Positions 37,790 to 50,523 of a stretch of DNA of 64,000 nucleotides are shown here, piece by piece (position 1 is the first letter of the stretch; the number at the start of each line of letters is the position of its first letter). Below the pieces are notes generated by a model. It saw nothing but the letters and a program-made list of their open reading frames with translations. It had not been told where the DNA came from and did not search any database. Source of the DNA: Mobula hypostoma (taxonomy: Eukaryota); contig NC_086101.1 of the NCBI RefSeq assembly GCF_963921235.1, positions 7,504,001-7,568,000 on the forward strand, given 5' to 3'. Made by a program: the position numbers and the translations under genes.

Positions 37790-39984
37790 AGCTTCTATCT
37801 CCTTTACAACAGCACTGGAGAGAGATAGCAACAGACATGATAGGAAAGTGTTTAATTGGAGTTAGGGGATATCAGGCAGGATACTTGGATGCATAAATTG
37901 GGAACAGATGTTCTCAGGAAAATGTATGGCAGAAATGTGGCAAAAGTGGCGTTTTGCATTGGTACATTCCAATGAGACAGGGAAATGAAGGTAGGATACA
38001 GGAACCATGGTGTACAAAGGCTGTTGTAGTCAAGAAGAAAAGAAAAGCTCATGAAAAGTTCCGAAAATGAGGTAATGATAGAGGTTTAGAAGATTATAAG
38101 ACTAGCAGGAAGGAGTTTAAGAATGAAATTATGAGAGTCAGAAGGGGCCACGAGAAGGTCTTGGCAGACAGCATTAAGGAAAACTCCAAGGCATTCTACA
38201 AGTATGTGAAGAGCAAGAGGATAAGCTGAGAGAGAATAGGACCAATCAAGTGTGACAGTGGAAAAGTGTGTATGGAACTGGAGGAGATAGTATCGGCACT
38301 TAATGAATACTTTGCTTCAGTATTCACTACGGAAAAGGATCTTGGTGATTGTAGGGATGATTGGCAGTGGACTGAAAAGCTTGAGCATGTCAATATTAAG
38401 AAAGAGGATGTGCTGGAGCTTTTGGAAAGCATCAAGTTGGATAAGTCAATGGGACCAGACAAGATGTACCCCAGGCTACTGTGGGAAGCGAGGGAGGAGA
38501 TTGCTGAGCCTCTGGTGATGATCTTTGCATCATCAATGGGGCGGGAGAGGTTTCAGAGGATTGGAGGGTTGCAGATGTTGTTCCCTTATTCAAGAACGGG
38601 AGTAGAGATAGCCCAGGAAATTATAGACCAATGAGGCTTACTTCAGTGATTTGGTAAGTTGATGGAGAAGATGCTGAGAGGCAGGATTTATGAACATTTG
38701 GAGAGGCATAATATGATTAGGAATAGTCTGCATGGCTTTGTCTAGGGCAGGTCATGCCTTACAAGCCTGATTGAATTTTTTGAGGATGTGACTAAACACG
38801 TTGATGAAGGTAGAGCAGTAGGTGTAGTGTATATGGATTTCAGCAAGGCATTTGATAAGATACCCCTTACAAGGCTTATTGAGAAATTAAGGAGGCATGT
38901 GATCCAAGGGGACATTGTTTTGTGGATTCAGAACTGGCTTGCCCACAGAAGGCAAAGAGTGGTTGTAGATGGGTCATATTCTGCATGGAGGTCAGTGACC
39001 AGTGGTGTGCCTCAGGGATCTGTTCTGGGACCCCTTCTGTTCGTGATTTTTATAAATGACCTGGATGAGGAAGTGGAGGAATGGGTTAGTAAGTTTGCTG
39101 ATGACACAAAGGTTGGGGGTATTGTGGATAGTGTGGACTGTTGTCAGAAGTTACTGCAGGACATCGATAGGATGCAAAACTAGGCTGAGAATTGGCAGAT
39201 GGTGATACCAAAACCCAGATAAGTGTGAGGTGGTTCATTTTGGTAGGTCATTAATGGAAAGACTCTTGGCAGTGTGGAGGATCAGAGGGATCTTGGTGTC
39301 TGAGTTCATAGGACACTCAAAGCTGCTACGCAGGTTAACTCTATGGTTAAGAAGGCACACAGCGCATTGGCCTTCATCAACCATGGGAATGAATTTAGGA
39401 GCCGAGAGGTAATGTTGCAGCTATATAGGACCCTGGTCAGACCCCACTAGGAGTACTGCGCTCAGTTCTGGTTACCTCACTACAGGAAGGATGTGGAAAC
39501 TATAGAAAGGGTGCAGAGGATATTCACAAGGATGTTGCCTGGATTGGGGAGCATGCCTTATGAGAATAGGTTGAGTGAACTCAGCCTTTTCTCTTTGGAA
39601 CAGCAGAGAATGGGAGGTGACCTGATAGAGGTGTATAAGATGATGAGAGGCATTGATTGTGTGGATAGTCAGAGGCTTTTTCCCAGGGCTGAAATGGCTA
39701 ACACGAGAGGGCATAGTTTTAAGCTGCTTGGAAGTAGGTACAGAGGAGATGTCAGGGGTAAGTTTTTACGCAAAGAGTGGTGAGTGTGTGGAATGGGCTG
39801 CCGGCGATAGTGGTGGAGGTGGATATGATGGGGTCTTTTAAGAGACTCCTGGATAAGTACATGGAGCTTAGAAAAAATAGAGGGCTATGGGTAACCCTGG
39901 ATAATTTCTAAAGTAAGTACATGTTTGGCACAGCATTGTGGGCTGAAAGGCCTGTATTGTGCTGTAGGTTTTCTATGTTTCTAA
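37790..39984 (+). mobile_element. Degenerate CR1 LINE ORF2
   Basis: LNEYFASVF, YMDFSKAFDK, SGVPQGSVLGP, KFADDTK; (TTTCTATG)-type tail. Confidence 0.9.
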
Positions 39985-40765
39985 TTTCAAGGTTCAACTT
40001 ATTGTACACCACTTCTGCACACCACTGCTTTTAATGCATAGTTATTTGAATTACTGTTGCCTTCCTGTCAGCTTAAACCAGTCTGGCCATTCTCATCTGA
40101 CCTCTCTCATTAACAATATGTTTTTCCCCGCAGAACTGCTGCTCACTGGTTGTTTCTCTTCTCTTGTTTGTTTTTCAGAACATTCTTGTAAACTAGAGAC
40201 TGTTGTGTGTGATAATCAGGAATTTCTGAAATACTCAAGCCACCCTGTCTGGCACCAACAATCATTCCGCAGTCAAAGTCACTTAGATCACATTTCTCCC
40301 CCATTCTGAATAATAACTGAACCTCTTGACGATGTCTACATACTTTTATACATGAATTGCTGCCACATGATTGGCCAATTATACATTTGCATTAATGAGC
40401 AGTACCTAATAAAGTGGCCACTGAGTCAGATTCCGATTCTGAAACATGGTGGATACTTCTGTCATGTCAATGGTGGTGGGGGATGAGATTATATTTCTGA
40501 ACGGTTTTTGCCTCTGCATTTCTCAGTCAGTCATCGGCAACTGTACGAGTTCATCATCACATTACTGTTTGTCAGGCTATACTCCCTGCACACTGACTGT
40601 CATGCTGTCTATGTACGAGGAGTTTCTACACTCAGACTACTTTATTAGCCTCAGAGCATTTTACAATATGCAGGGGATGTGAACATCTACAGAAAAGTAT
40701 ATATATCTCCCTCTCTCCCTCCTTCTCAACCTAATTCCAACCCTCTCTCTCCTTCATCCACTCGC

Positions 40766-41782
40766 TGTCACAATGGGGGTGCTGGGAACAGACTCAAATG
40801 CAAGACACAGACACTGAAGTACAAGGAACGGGACTTGACTAGAGTTGGGACGTGACTGGATTCAGGCAAGGAGCAGGGACAAGAAAGCAGAGTTGGGCTA
40901 GGGAAAGCAGGATCAGAACTAGGAACCATGGACTAGGTGACAAGGCTTGGACTCCGAGCCCGAGACTGGACAAGGACCCAGAACCTGGGTCTTGCCTTGG
41001 GCTCAGACCCCAGAACCAGGCAAGGACATGACATGGCTTGAGGCTTGGGGTCTCGGGTCCCGAGCTTGGCTGCGGGACCCTCGAGGCTTGGGGCCTTGGA
41101 GCTCAGAGACAGACTGGGAACTAAACATCAACATAGAGTCGAAGGATGAGTCCCAACAAGCCGGGACTCAACATCTCCACACCAAGGTGGGACAGGTCCA
41201 TCTGTTGGGTAATGGCAGAACAGCCAGACTTACCCAACAGAGGCAAAGACTAGACAAGACATGACCCTCCCCCCCCCATAGGGCAACAGCAAGACAGCCT
41301 GACTTACCCCACGGAGGCGAGGACAAGAAGAGACAAACACCAAAGAACAACAGACAGTTCCATCTCTGCTCCGGGATAGCTCCAAGTCTCAGTTCGGCCA
41401 GCAACCTCAGCTGGCTACAGAAACAGCTGGATCCCTACCTAGCTCGGAGTGGCTGGCAGCCACTCAGCTGGCCCGGGAAGCAGGTGAATCAATACCGCAA
41501 AGACTACTCCAACAAGTGGCAACAAGGATCCACGAAGCAGTGGTCCTCCAACCAGGCCTAGAGATCACAAATGGTTTCATCAGCCAGTGTGCTCCAAGGG
41601 GGATTGACGAGACAAACCAGCAGACCACACTCCATCCCAAGGCTACTTATATTGCAAGCCCAAAGATGGGAATCAGGTGCCTATGATTAACTCAAACAAG
41701 GAACAGCTGGAAGACCCGGAGTCCTGGGTCCATGGACCGGACCGTGAACCAGAATGCGGACTTTACGGACCGGATCATGACA
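40766..41782 (-). mobile_element. Probable solo LTR (Gypsy-like)
   Basis: TGTCA...TGACA termini, 5-bp flanks ctcgc/ctctc, TATA-like caatataag on minus, no coding remnant. Confidence 0.65.
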
Positions 41783-42519
41783 CTCTCCCTATCTCTGTTC
41801 CCCCTCCTCCCCCACGCTCCTTCTCTCTCTCTTTTTCTCAACCTAATTCTCTCACATTCACTCTCCACCTACCCCCTTGTCCCAGTCTCATCTTTCTCCC
41901 CTCCCCTCTCTTTCTCCTTTCTTCAGCCACTTGTCTGCCTGGTGAATTTGCCTGAGGGACCTGCCACCGAGCAGACCCCATTTACAAAGTCACCCTTGTC
42001 CTTTACACACCAGACTGTTTCATTTTAAGGACACATTTTGACTTCGCCAAAGTTGGTAAGGTGTATGTGCTTTTATTGCGATTTCCTGTAGGAACATATT
42101 CATGAGTTTTCCAGACCAGTCTGACAGAGAGGACTATGAGCACAGGGCAGGAGGAAGACTTCAATTCCCTATTTACTTACAGCATTTACTCCTGATCCCT
42201 ACTTATTCTCAGGATTAAAAAATGGCACCAACACAAGATTAGTAACACAAATGTCAGCTTTGATTGGTATTGAATTTTCTGATAATGTCCCCCTTGCAAA
42301 TCTCACTGAGATGCCTAATTACACTGACGTGCGCGACATCGCTCACAGAAGATCCAAGGAAAACAAAATTCTCTCCACACACGTCTCTGGGGAGCTGTGC
42401 CCTGCTGGCAATTATCTTTTAGAACAGAAATCAACAGTAATTGCAAATTCTGATTCAAGTCTCAAACAGGGGACTTAAAACATAGAATAGACCCTTCATC
42501 CCACAATGTTGTGCCAATC

Positions 42520-43030
42520 CAAAGGTTCAAAGGTTTCAAAGGTACATTTAATGTCAGAGAAATGTATAGAATACACATCCTGAAATGCTTTTTCTTCACA
42601 ACCATCCACAAAAACAGAGGAGTGCCCTAAAGAATGAACAACAGTTAAACGTGAGAACCCCCAGCTCCCCCTCCCACATGTAAGCGGCAGTGAACAACGA
42701 TCCCCCTCCCCCCACTGGCAGAATAATGCGTCGGCACCCGCCACCGAGCACTCAAGCGTGAGCAAAGCAATAGCAAAGACACAGACTGGCAGTTACCCCA
42801 AAGACTTCGCGTTTCACCCGGTATTCAACATACCGCAGGTTCTCTCTCTCTCTAAGAAGGGAGAAAGAGGAGTCTTCACTTTCCCAGCGAGCAGGGAGGC
42901 ATAGCAAACAACTCGCTGGTTTACAATATTAAAAGTCCATTATGTCGCTTTTCTCGAGCTCTGTGCCTGAAGTTCACAAAGATCCCGGGTCTCCAGGCAC
43001 ACAGCAGATATCCCAACTCCCCCGACAACA
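42520..43030 (-). mobile_element. Non-autonomous repeat, related to the plus-strand copy at 52968-53660
   Basis: Shared blocks between the two copies; (TTTGAAC)-type tail. Confidence 0.6.
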
Positions 43031-43445
43031 CAATTAAATTAGTAATCAAATGGGCAGACTAACGAAATCCCTCTGCCTGCTCAAGGCCCATATCCTTCCG
43101 TTTTCCCCGTATCCGTGTGTTCATCTGAACATTGCTTCAGTGTCCCTAAAGCATCTGCCTCTTCCACCAGCCTGACCTGAGCATGGAGATACAGGCTGGG
43201 GACTGCAGCATGCAACCTCAAGGACGGGCTGTGATATCAGATGACCTGTCCTGGGACTAGCACACAAATATAACCCTCAGGGATACAGGTCAGCGGTTTT
43301 ACTTTCACAGGAAGTTAAGGAGGTTGGGATTGTCACTGAACAAACCTCTACAGACGTACAATGTTGTTCAAGGTGCTTGCAGAAAAAGCTCTGGTCCACA
43401 CAACCTTTGCGCATAGGGCAAGTGTTTGGGCTCCATATCTAAGAA

Positions 43446-44245
43446 TTGAAAATACACGTGGATTAAAATGTTAACTGTCCTGTGCTATCACCAGTGGGAT
43501 CATCAGTTGATCTGCCACCTGTCTTCAGGAGTTTCGGCCCGCTTATGATCAAGACTCCCTCGAGGTGGTGGGCCAGCAGTGCTAAAGCACTGGTGAGCTT
43601 AAAAACTTGGCATCTGCCTCTATCAGAGTTGTTGTTCACTTCCATCCAACAGATAGTCTGCTCTTCAGGTGTCTATGCAACTACTGAAGGGTTTGCAATA
43701 TATATATATATATACTGTCTGACTATCTGCCCCTCTGGACATACTTGGTCCACACCCATGCTGATCCTTTCTCTGCTGCCTCAGCTACAGCCCTGCTGGT
43801 TGACTTGATCTCTCTTCTGGTGAAGCCAAGATCACGCAGCCACTTCTGAAGAGTGAACGCAATAAACCCACGGCAGCCTACTTCGAAAGGATAGCATGAG
43901 ACCTTCCACCCTCTGTCTCTGCACTCTGATCTCAACTCTGCATATTTGGTTAACTTGTGCTCATGGGCTTCATCGATGTTGTCTTCCCAGGGGACTGTGA
44001 GTTCACCAATAACCACTTCTCTACTGGCGTCAGACCATACGATTATATCTGGACGCAATGTTGTGAAAGCTATTTGCTCCGGGAAACTGCCTTTCCCGTC
44101 CTGGTCGGCCTTGACACACCAATCATCGGCTGAAGAAAGTCTGCTTGATCGTGGGCTTGCTCTGTACAACCTTGACTTGAAGCCTTCTTTCACAAATGAT
44201 GTGCCATGTTCTGTGCGGCATGGGGCATGAGATAAGTTGTGCTGC
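43446..44245 (-). mobile_element. HERO-clade (restriction-like endonuclease) non-LTR retrotransposon 3' fragment nested in CR1
   Basis: TTLRPDIIVWS...ELTVPWEDNIDEAHEHKLTKY...GW...PFEVGCRGF...EAAEKGSAWVW* (stop at 43723); host CR1 ctaagaa|aggatgtgctgg is split around it. Confidence 0.8.
43493..43568 (-). ncRNA. Putative non-circularly permuted (pseudoknotted) hammerhead ribozyme in the HERO 3' UTR
   Basis: GUC site, GAAA and CUGAUGA cores; stem III GGGAGU/ACUCCU, stem I UUGAUC/GAUCAA, imperfect stem II AGCGGG/CCCACU. Confidence 0.7.
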
Positions 44246-47200
44246 AGAAAGGATGTGCTGGCATTGCAAAGCATCCAGAGATGGTTTACAAGAATAATCC
44301 TGAGAATGAATGGGTCAATGTATGAGGAGCAGTTGATGGCTTTGGGTCCGTAGTTCAGAAGAATAAGAAGGGATCCCAATGAAATATCAAATCTGGAAAG
44401 GCCTGGAGAGAGTGCACGTGGAGAGGACATTTCCAGTAGTGGGAGAGACCAGGACCTGAAGGCACAGTGTCAGAATCAGGATCAAGTTTAACATCACTGG
44501 CAGATGTTGTGAAATGTGTTGTTATGGAACAGCAGTACGTTGCAATACAGAATAATAAAGAACTGTAAATTACAGTAAGAAGTATATGAATGTGTTTAAA
44601 AAGTTAAATTAACTATGTAGTGCACAAAGAGAAAAAAGAGCAGTGAGGAGGTATTCATGGGTTCAAAGTCCATTCAGAAATCTAATGACAGAGGGGAAGA
44701 AGCTGTTCCTGAATTGTTGAGAATAGAACAGAGATGAGGAGGAATTTCTTTAGCCAGGGTGTAGTGAATCTGCAGCCATTGTGCTCCCAAACCAGCTTCA
44801 CTCCCTCAGTGCTGAACTGGCTCCACGTCTGTGGTCTATAGCCATCGGAGTCCTGAACCATCTTCACTCCCTCAGCGCTGAACCGGCTCTGTGGCTGTGG
44901 ACTCACTATCAGAGACTCTGCGGTTCATGTTCTGTGTGCAGCTTAATTGTTTTTTGTTGTTCACACAGTTTGATTTCTTTCCCCCTATGTTGGATATTTG
45001 ATGGCCTTTGCTGTGTGGGTTTTTTTAAAAAATGGATTCTATTGTCTTTCTTTGTTTTGTAGCTGCGTGTAAGGAGACAAGTCCCAAGGTTGGAGACAGT
45101 ATAGATACTTCGATAATAAATGTGCTTTGAACTTAGAATAATTTTTATGTACAGCTGCCACAGAACAAACTTCACAATATATGTCAGTAATAATAGACCT
45201 GACATGTCTGAGAATTAGAGGTGCAATGCTGGACTTGTTGAGGGGCCTAATATGCGGTGAGGAAGTTTACACATTAAACTTTCCCTGGGGTTTTACAGTT
45301 CATCAAGTTTCTTCAGAACCTAATCACTGTTGTAACACCATATGATCTCGTAAACAGCAACGTGGAAGTGACCCTGCTGGGCTGCTTACTGCCTTGCATG
45401 GAAAAGTAAATGACTCATGAGAATGGTTTGGGAATGGAAGGGTTAACGTGTGAGGAGCATTAGACAGCTCCGGGCCCGCACCCGCTGGAACTTAGAAGAA
45501 TGTCAGGAGATCTCATTGAAACCTATCAAAGATCGAAGGGTCTACAGAGAGGGGATGTGGAGAGGATGTTTCCTATAGCGGGGTACTGTATCTAAGACCA
45601 GAGGGCACAGCCTCAGAGTAGAAGGACGTCTCTTTGGAACAGAGTTTTAGCCAGAGAGTGGAGAAACTGTGGAATTCAATGTCACAAACAGCTGTGGAGG
45701 CCAAATGATTAGGCATGTTTAAAGCGGAGGTTGATAGGTTCTTAATAAGGAAGGACATCAAAAGTTGCAGGGAGAAGGCAGGAGAATGGGGCTGAGGAAT
45801 CAGCCATGGTAGAATGGCAAGCAGAATTAATGGGCTGAATGTGCTAAATCTGCCCCTATCTCTTATGGCTCATGTGGAAAAGGGTGGCTCTGAATACTGG
45901 AATTGGATGCTGTATTACACCAGACATTGAAAAGTTTTTTTCCAAATACCCCAAGAGCTGAGAAACAGATTTGAGTTCACAGCCACTGGAGCCACTGACT
46001 CTCTAAACAAAGGTGCAATCACGGGCACCAATAGACAGCCATGCACGTTCAAAGTTTACTTTTCTGTCCGCAAGGCAAGTTGAATTTTGGTCTGTCTTTG
46101 GCAATTTGCTGCAGCTAATCCATTTGAATTAGTTGAGTAAATTCGGGTTCACTTATTTATCAGATGGACATCGAAACCTCGAGTGAGATGTGTCATTTGT
46201 GTTAACAACCAGCACAACCTGCGGATGTGCGGGAGGTGGAGGGAGGGAGGCTAATCACTGTGAGGGCAACAGCAGTTCACTACGCATGGTAGATCATTTC
46301 GGTTTGTAGTCTGGTATTATTTTACAGCCATGAAACTTGCTTAAGAACTTAAACAGTATAGATAACAGAAACATAAGAGATTTGGCAGATTGCTGGAAAT
46401 CCAGAGCAACACACGTAATTCAGGAGGAACTCAGTAAGTCAGGCAGCAACGATGGAGAGAAATAAATAATGATATTTCCCTTCCTTCCTCTACCTTCTTA
46501 TTATGGCTTCTGTCCCCTTCTGTTCCAGTCCTGATGCTTTGGCCCAAAACATTCATCTTCATAGATGCTGCCTGACTTGCTGAGTGCCTCCAGCGTTTGT
46601 GTGTATTGATTTGAAATTTCAGTATTGCTCTTGAAGAGATGATAACTGGCCATAGCGGGAGTTAAGCCCAGTATTACTAGCTGCATGGAACAGGACCTCA
46701 GAGATGACACTGAATTTTGGAAGACTCGTTTCTGTTAGTGTAAGTTCAGAGGCTAAGAGGTTAAGAAGTCATATAGTGAGTTGGCTTTCAATAGCTGGAT
46801 GACCACCCACCCTGCTCACAAACTGTTTGCCCCACTCCCATCAGGGAGGAGGTTACGTAGCATCCACACCAGGACCACCAGACTCAAAAACAGTTACTTT
46901 CCCCAAGTAGTAAGACTGACATCACCTCCGCCTACTAACTCCACCACTACTTTATTATTTCCCATTAGCCACCTTATATGGAGTCTAACATCATTTTATG
47001 GACACACAGGCAATCTATGTATACAAGTCATCTTATGTATTTATAATTATTGTGTTTTTATTATTATTGTATCCTTTATCTTTCGTAGCTTCTGTGTGAT
47101 GCATCAGATCTGGAGTAACAATTATTTCATTCTCTTTACACTTGTGTACATGAGAAATTAAACAATCCTGAATCTGGTTAGACCACACTTGGAGTATTGT

Positions 47201-47604
47201 GCTTATTTGTGGTGGCCTCATTATAAGAAGGATATTGAAGCTTTAGAGAGGGTGCAGAGAATATTTACCAGGATATTGTCTGGATTAGAGAGCATGTCTT
47301 ATGCGGATGGGCTGAGTGATCCAGGGCTCCTGTTTGGAGTGAAGGAGGATGAGAAGTGTACAGGATGATAAGAGGCACAGATCAGGGTGGACAGCCAGAG
47401 ACTTTTTCCCAGGCTGGAAATGGGTAACACATGGGGACATAATTTGTGAATGGAGGATAGTATAATGGAGATACCAGAGGTAAGAGATTGATATATGTGT
47501 GGATCGGCCTGCCGGGGTGGTGGTAGAGGCAGATACATTAGGAACATCTGAGTGCTATTGGATAGGCACATGGACGATAGGTAATGGAGGGCTATGTTGA
47601 ACAA

Positions 47605-50152
47605 AGAACATAGAACATAGAATTGTACAGCACAGCACATGCCCTTCAGCCCACAATGTTGTTCCGACCCTCAAACCCTGCCTCCCATATAAGCCCCCAC
47701 CTTAAATTCCTCCATATACCTGTCCAGTAGTCTCTTAAACTTCACTAGTGTATCTGCCTCCACCACTGACTCAGGCAGTGCATTCCACGCACCAACCACT
47801 CTCTGAGTAAAAAACCTTCCTCTAATATCCCCCTTGTACTTCCCACCCCTTACCTTAAAGTCATGTCCTCTTGTATTGAGCAGTGGTGCCCTGGGGAAGA
47901 GGCGCTGGCTATCCACTCTATCTATTCCTCTTAATATCTTGTACACCTCTATCCTGTCTCCTCTCATCCTCCTTCTCTCCAAAGAGTAAAGCCCTAGCTC
48001 CCTTAATCTCTGATCATAATGCATACTCCCTAAACCAGGCAGCATCCTGGTAAATCTCCTCTGTACCCTTTCCAATGCTTCCACATCCTTCCTATAGTGA
48101 GGTGACCAGATCTGGACACAGTACTCCAAGTGTGGCCTAACCAGAGTTTTATAGAGCTGCATCATTACATCGCGACTCTTAAACTCTATCCCTCGACTTA
48201 TGAAAGCTAACACCCCGTGAGCTTTCTTAACTACCCTATCCACCTGTGAGGCAACTTTCAGGGATCTGTGGACATGTACCCCGAGATCCCTCTGCTCCTC
48301 CACACTACCATTTACTTTGTACTCTGCCTTGGAGTTTGTCCTTCCAAAGTGTACCACCTCACACTTCTCCGGGTTGAACTCCACCTGCCACTTCTCAGCC
48401 TACTTCTGCATCCTATCAATATCTCTCTGAAATCTTCGACAATCCTTTACACTATCTACAACACCACCAACCTTTCTGTCGTCTGCAAACTTGCCAACCC
48501 ACCCTTCTACCCCCACATCCAGGCCGTTAATAAAAATCACGAAAAGTAGAGGTCCCAGAACAGATCCTTGTGGGACACCACTGGTCACAATCCTCCAATC
48601 TGAATGCACTCCCTCCACCACCACCCTCTGCCTTCTGCAGGCAAGCCAATTCTGAATCCACCTGGCCAAACTTCCCTGGATCCCATGCTTTCTGACTTTC
48701 TGAATAAGCCTACTGTGTGGAACCTTGTCAAGTGCCTTACTAAAATCCATATAGATCACACCCACTACACTACCCTCATCTATATGCCTGGTCACCTCCT
48801 CAAAGAACTCTATCAGGCTTGTTAGACACGATCTGCCCTTCACAAAGCCATGTTGACTGTCCCTGATCAGACCATGATTCTCTAAATGCCTATAGATCTT
48901 ATCTCTAAGAATCTTTTTCCAACAGCTTTCCCACCACAGACGTAAGGCTCACTGGTCTATAATTACCCGGACTATCCCTACTACCTTTTTTGAACAAGGG
49001 AACAACATTCGCCTCCCTCCAATCCTCTGGTATCATTCCCGTGGACAACGAGGACATAAAGATCCTAGCCAGAGGCTCAGCAATCTCTTCTCTCGCCTCG
49101 TGGAACAGCCTGGGGAATATTCCGTCAGGCCCCGGGGACTTATCTGTCCTAATGTATTTTAACAACTCCAACACCTCCTCTCCCTTAATATCAGCATGCT
49201 CCAGAACATCAACCTCACTCATATTGTCCTCACTGTCATCAAGTTCCCTCTCACTGGTGAATACTGAAGGGAAGTATTCATTGACGTCCTCGCTCACTTC
49301 CACAGCCTCCAGGCACATCTTCCCACCTTTATCTCTAATTGGTCCTACCTTCACTCCAGTCATCCTTTTTTTCTTCATATAATTGAAGAATGCCTTGGGG
49401 TTTTCCTTTACCCTACTCGCCAAGGCCTTCTCATGCCCCTTTCTTACTCTTCTCAGTCCCTTCTTAAGCTCCTTTCTTGCTTCCCTATATTCCTCAATAG
49501 ACCCATCTGATTCTTGCTTCCTAAACCTCATATATGCTGCCTTCTTCCACCTGACTAGATTTTCCACCTCACTTGTCACCCATGGTTCCTTCACTCTACC
49601 ATTCTTTATCTTCCTCACCGGGACAAATTTATCCCTAACATCCTGCAAGAGATCTCTAAACATCGACCACATGTCCATAGTACATTTCCCTGCAAAAACA
49701 TCATCCCAATTCACACCTGCAAGTTCTAGCCTTATAGCCTCATAATTTGCCCTTCCCCAATTAAAAATTTTCCTGTCCTCTCTGATTCTGTCCTTTTCCA
49801 TGATAATGCTAAAGGCCAGGGAGCGGTGGTCACTGTCCCCCAGATGCTCACCCACTGAGAGATCTGTGACCTGAGCCAGTTCATTACCTAGTGCTAGATC
49901 TAGTATGGCATTCCCCCTGGTCAGCCTGTCCACATACTGTGACAGGAATCCGTCCTGGACACACTTAACGAACTCTGCCCCATCTAAACCCTTGGAACTA
50001 ATCAGGTGCCAATCAATATTGGGGAAGTTAAAGTCACCCATGATAACAACCCTGTTATTTTTGCACATTTCCAAAATCTGCCTCCCAATCTGCTCCTCGG
50101 TATCTCTGCTGCTACCAGGGGGCCTATAGAATACCCCCAAAAGAGTAACTGC
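47605..50152 (-). mobile_element. Young CR1 LINE (APE and RT) nested in an older CR1
   Basis: ORFs 48905-50140 (YRPP, MGDFN, SDH), 48400-48843 and 47671-48384; near-identical to 30712-32163. Confidence 0.92.
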
Positions 50153-50398
50153 TCTGTTAAGGGAAGGGAAGGATTAGATTGATTTCCGAGTAGGTTAAAA
50201 GGTCAGCACATTATCATGGGCTGAAGGGCCTGTACTGTGCTTGTACTATGCTCTAAGATGAAACTGCTTTAAAGCAATCCAGGATTTCAGGGCTCACTGA
50301 CATTAATTCAGCACTCACTGAAGGACTGTAGGTCACTGCAGTGCCTTTTAATCTTTAACCTCTGTTTTTGGATTCTAATCAGGTTCTACTGGATTGAG

Positions 50399-50523
50399 AT
50401 TGCCATGGCAACCACATTCCCTGCTGCACTTACACACTTCCCCCACCCCGTCTCAGCTGCCAGCGGACCCGCACCGAGGACCATTGGCACAGGGACTGGG
50501 TCAGTCTCCGTTACCATGGCAAC
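50399..50523. promoter_or_regulatory. Pair of RFX X-box motifs in non-repetitive sequence
   Basis: ATTGCCATGGCAAC (50399-50412) and GTTACCATGGCAAC (50510-50523). Confidence 0.5.

Noticed and set aside
41927..42055. Possible plus-strand exon (cttcag ... ttg|gtaagg)
   Set aside because: The acceptor tract is low-complexity CT-rich DNA, and there is no recognisable protein or partner exon.
43723..44430. 235-aa ORF as a single novel protein
   Set aside because: The N-terminal part is antisense CR1 fused by chance to the HERO endonuclease frame.
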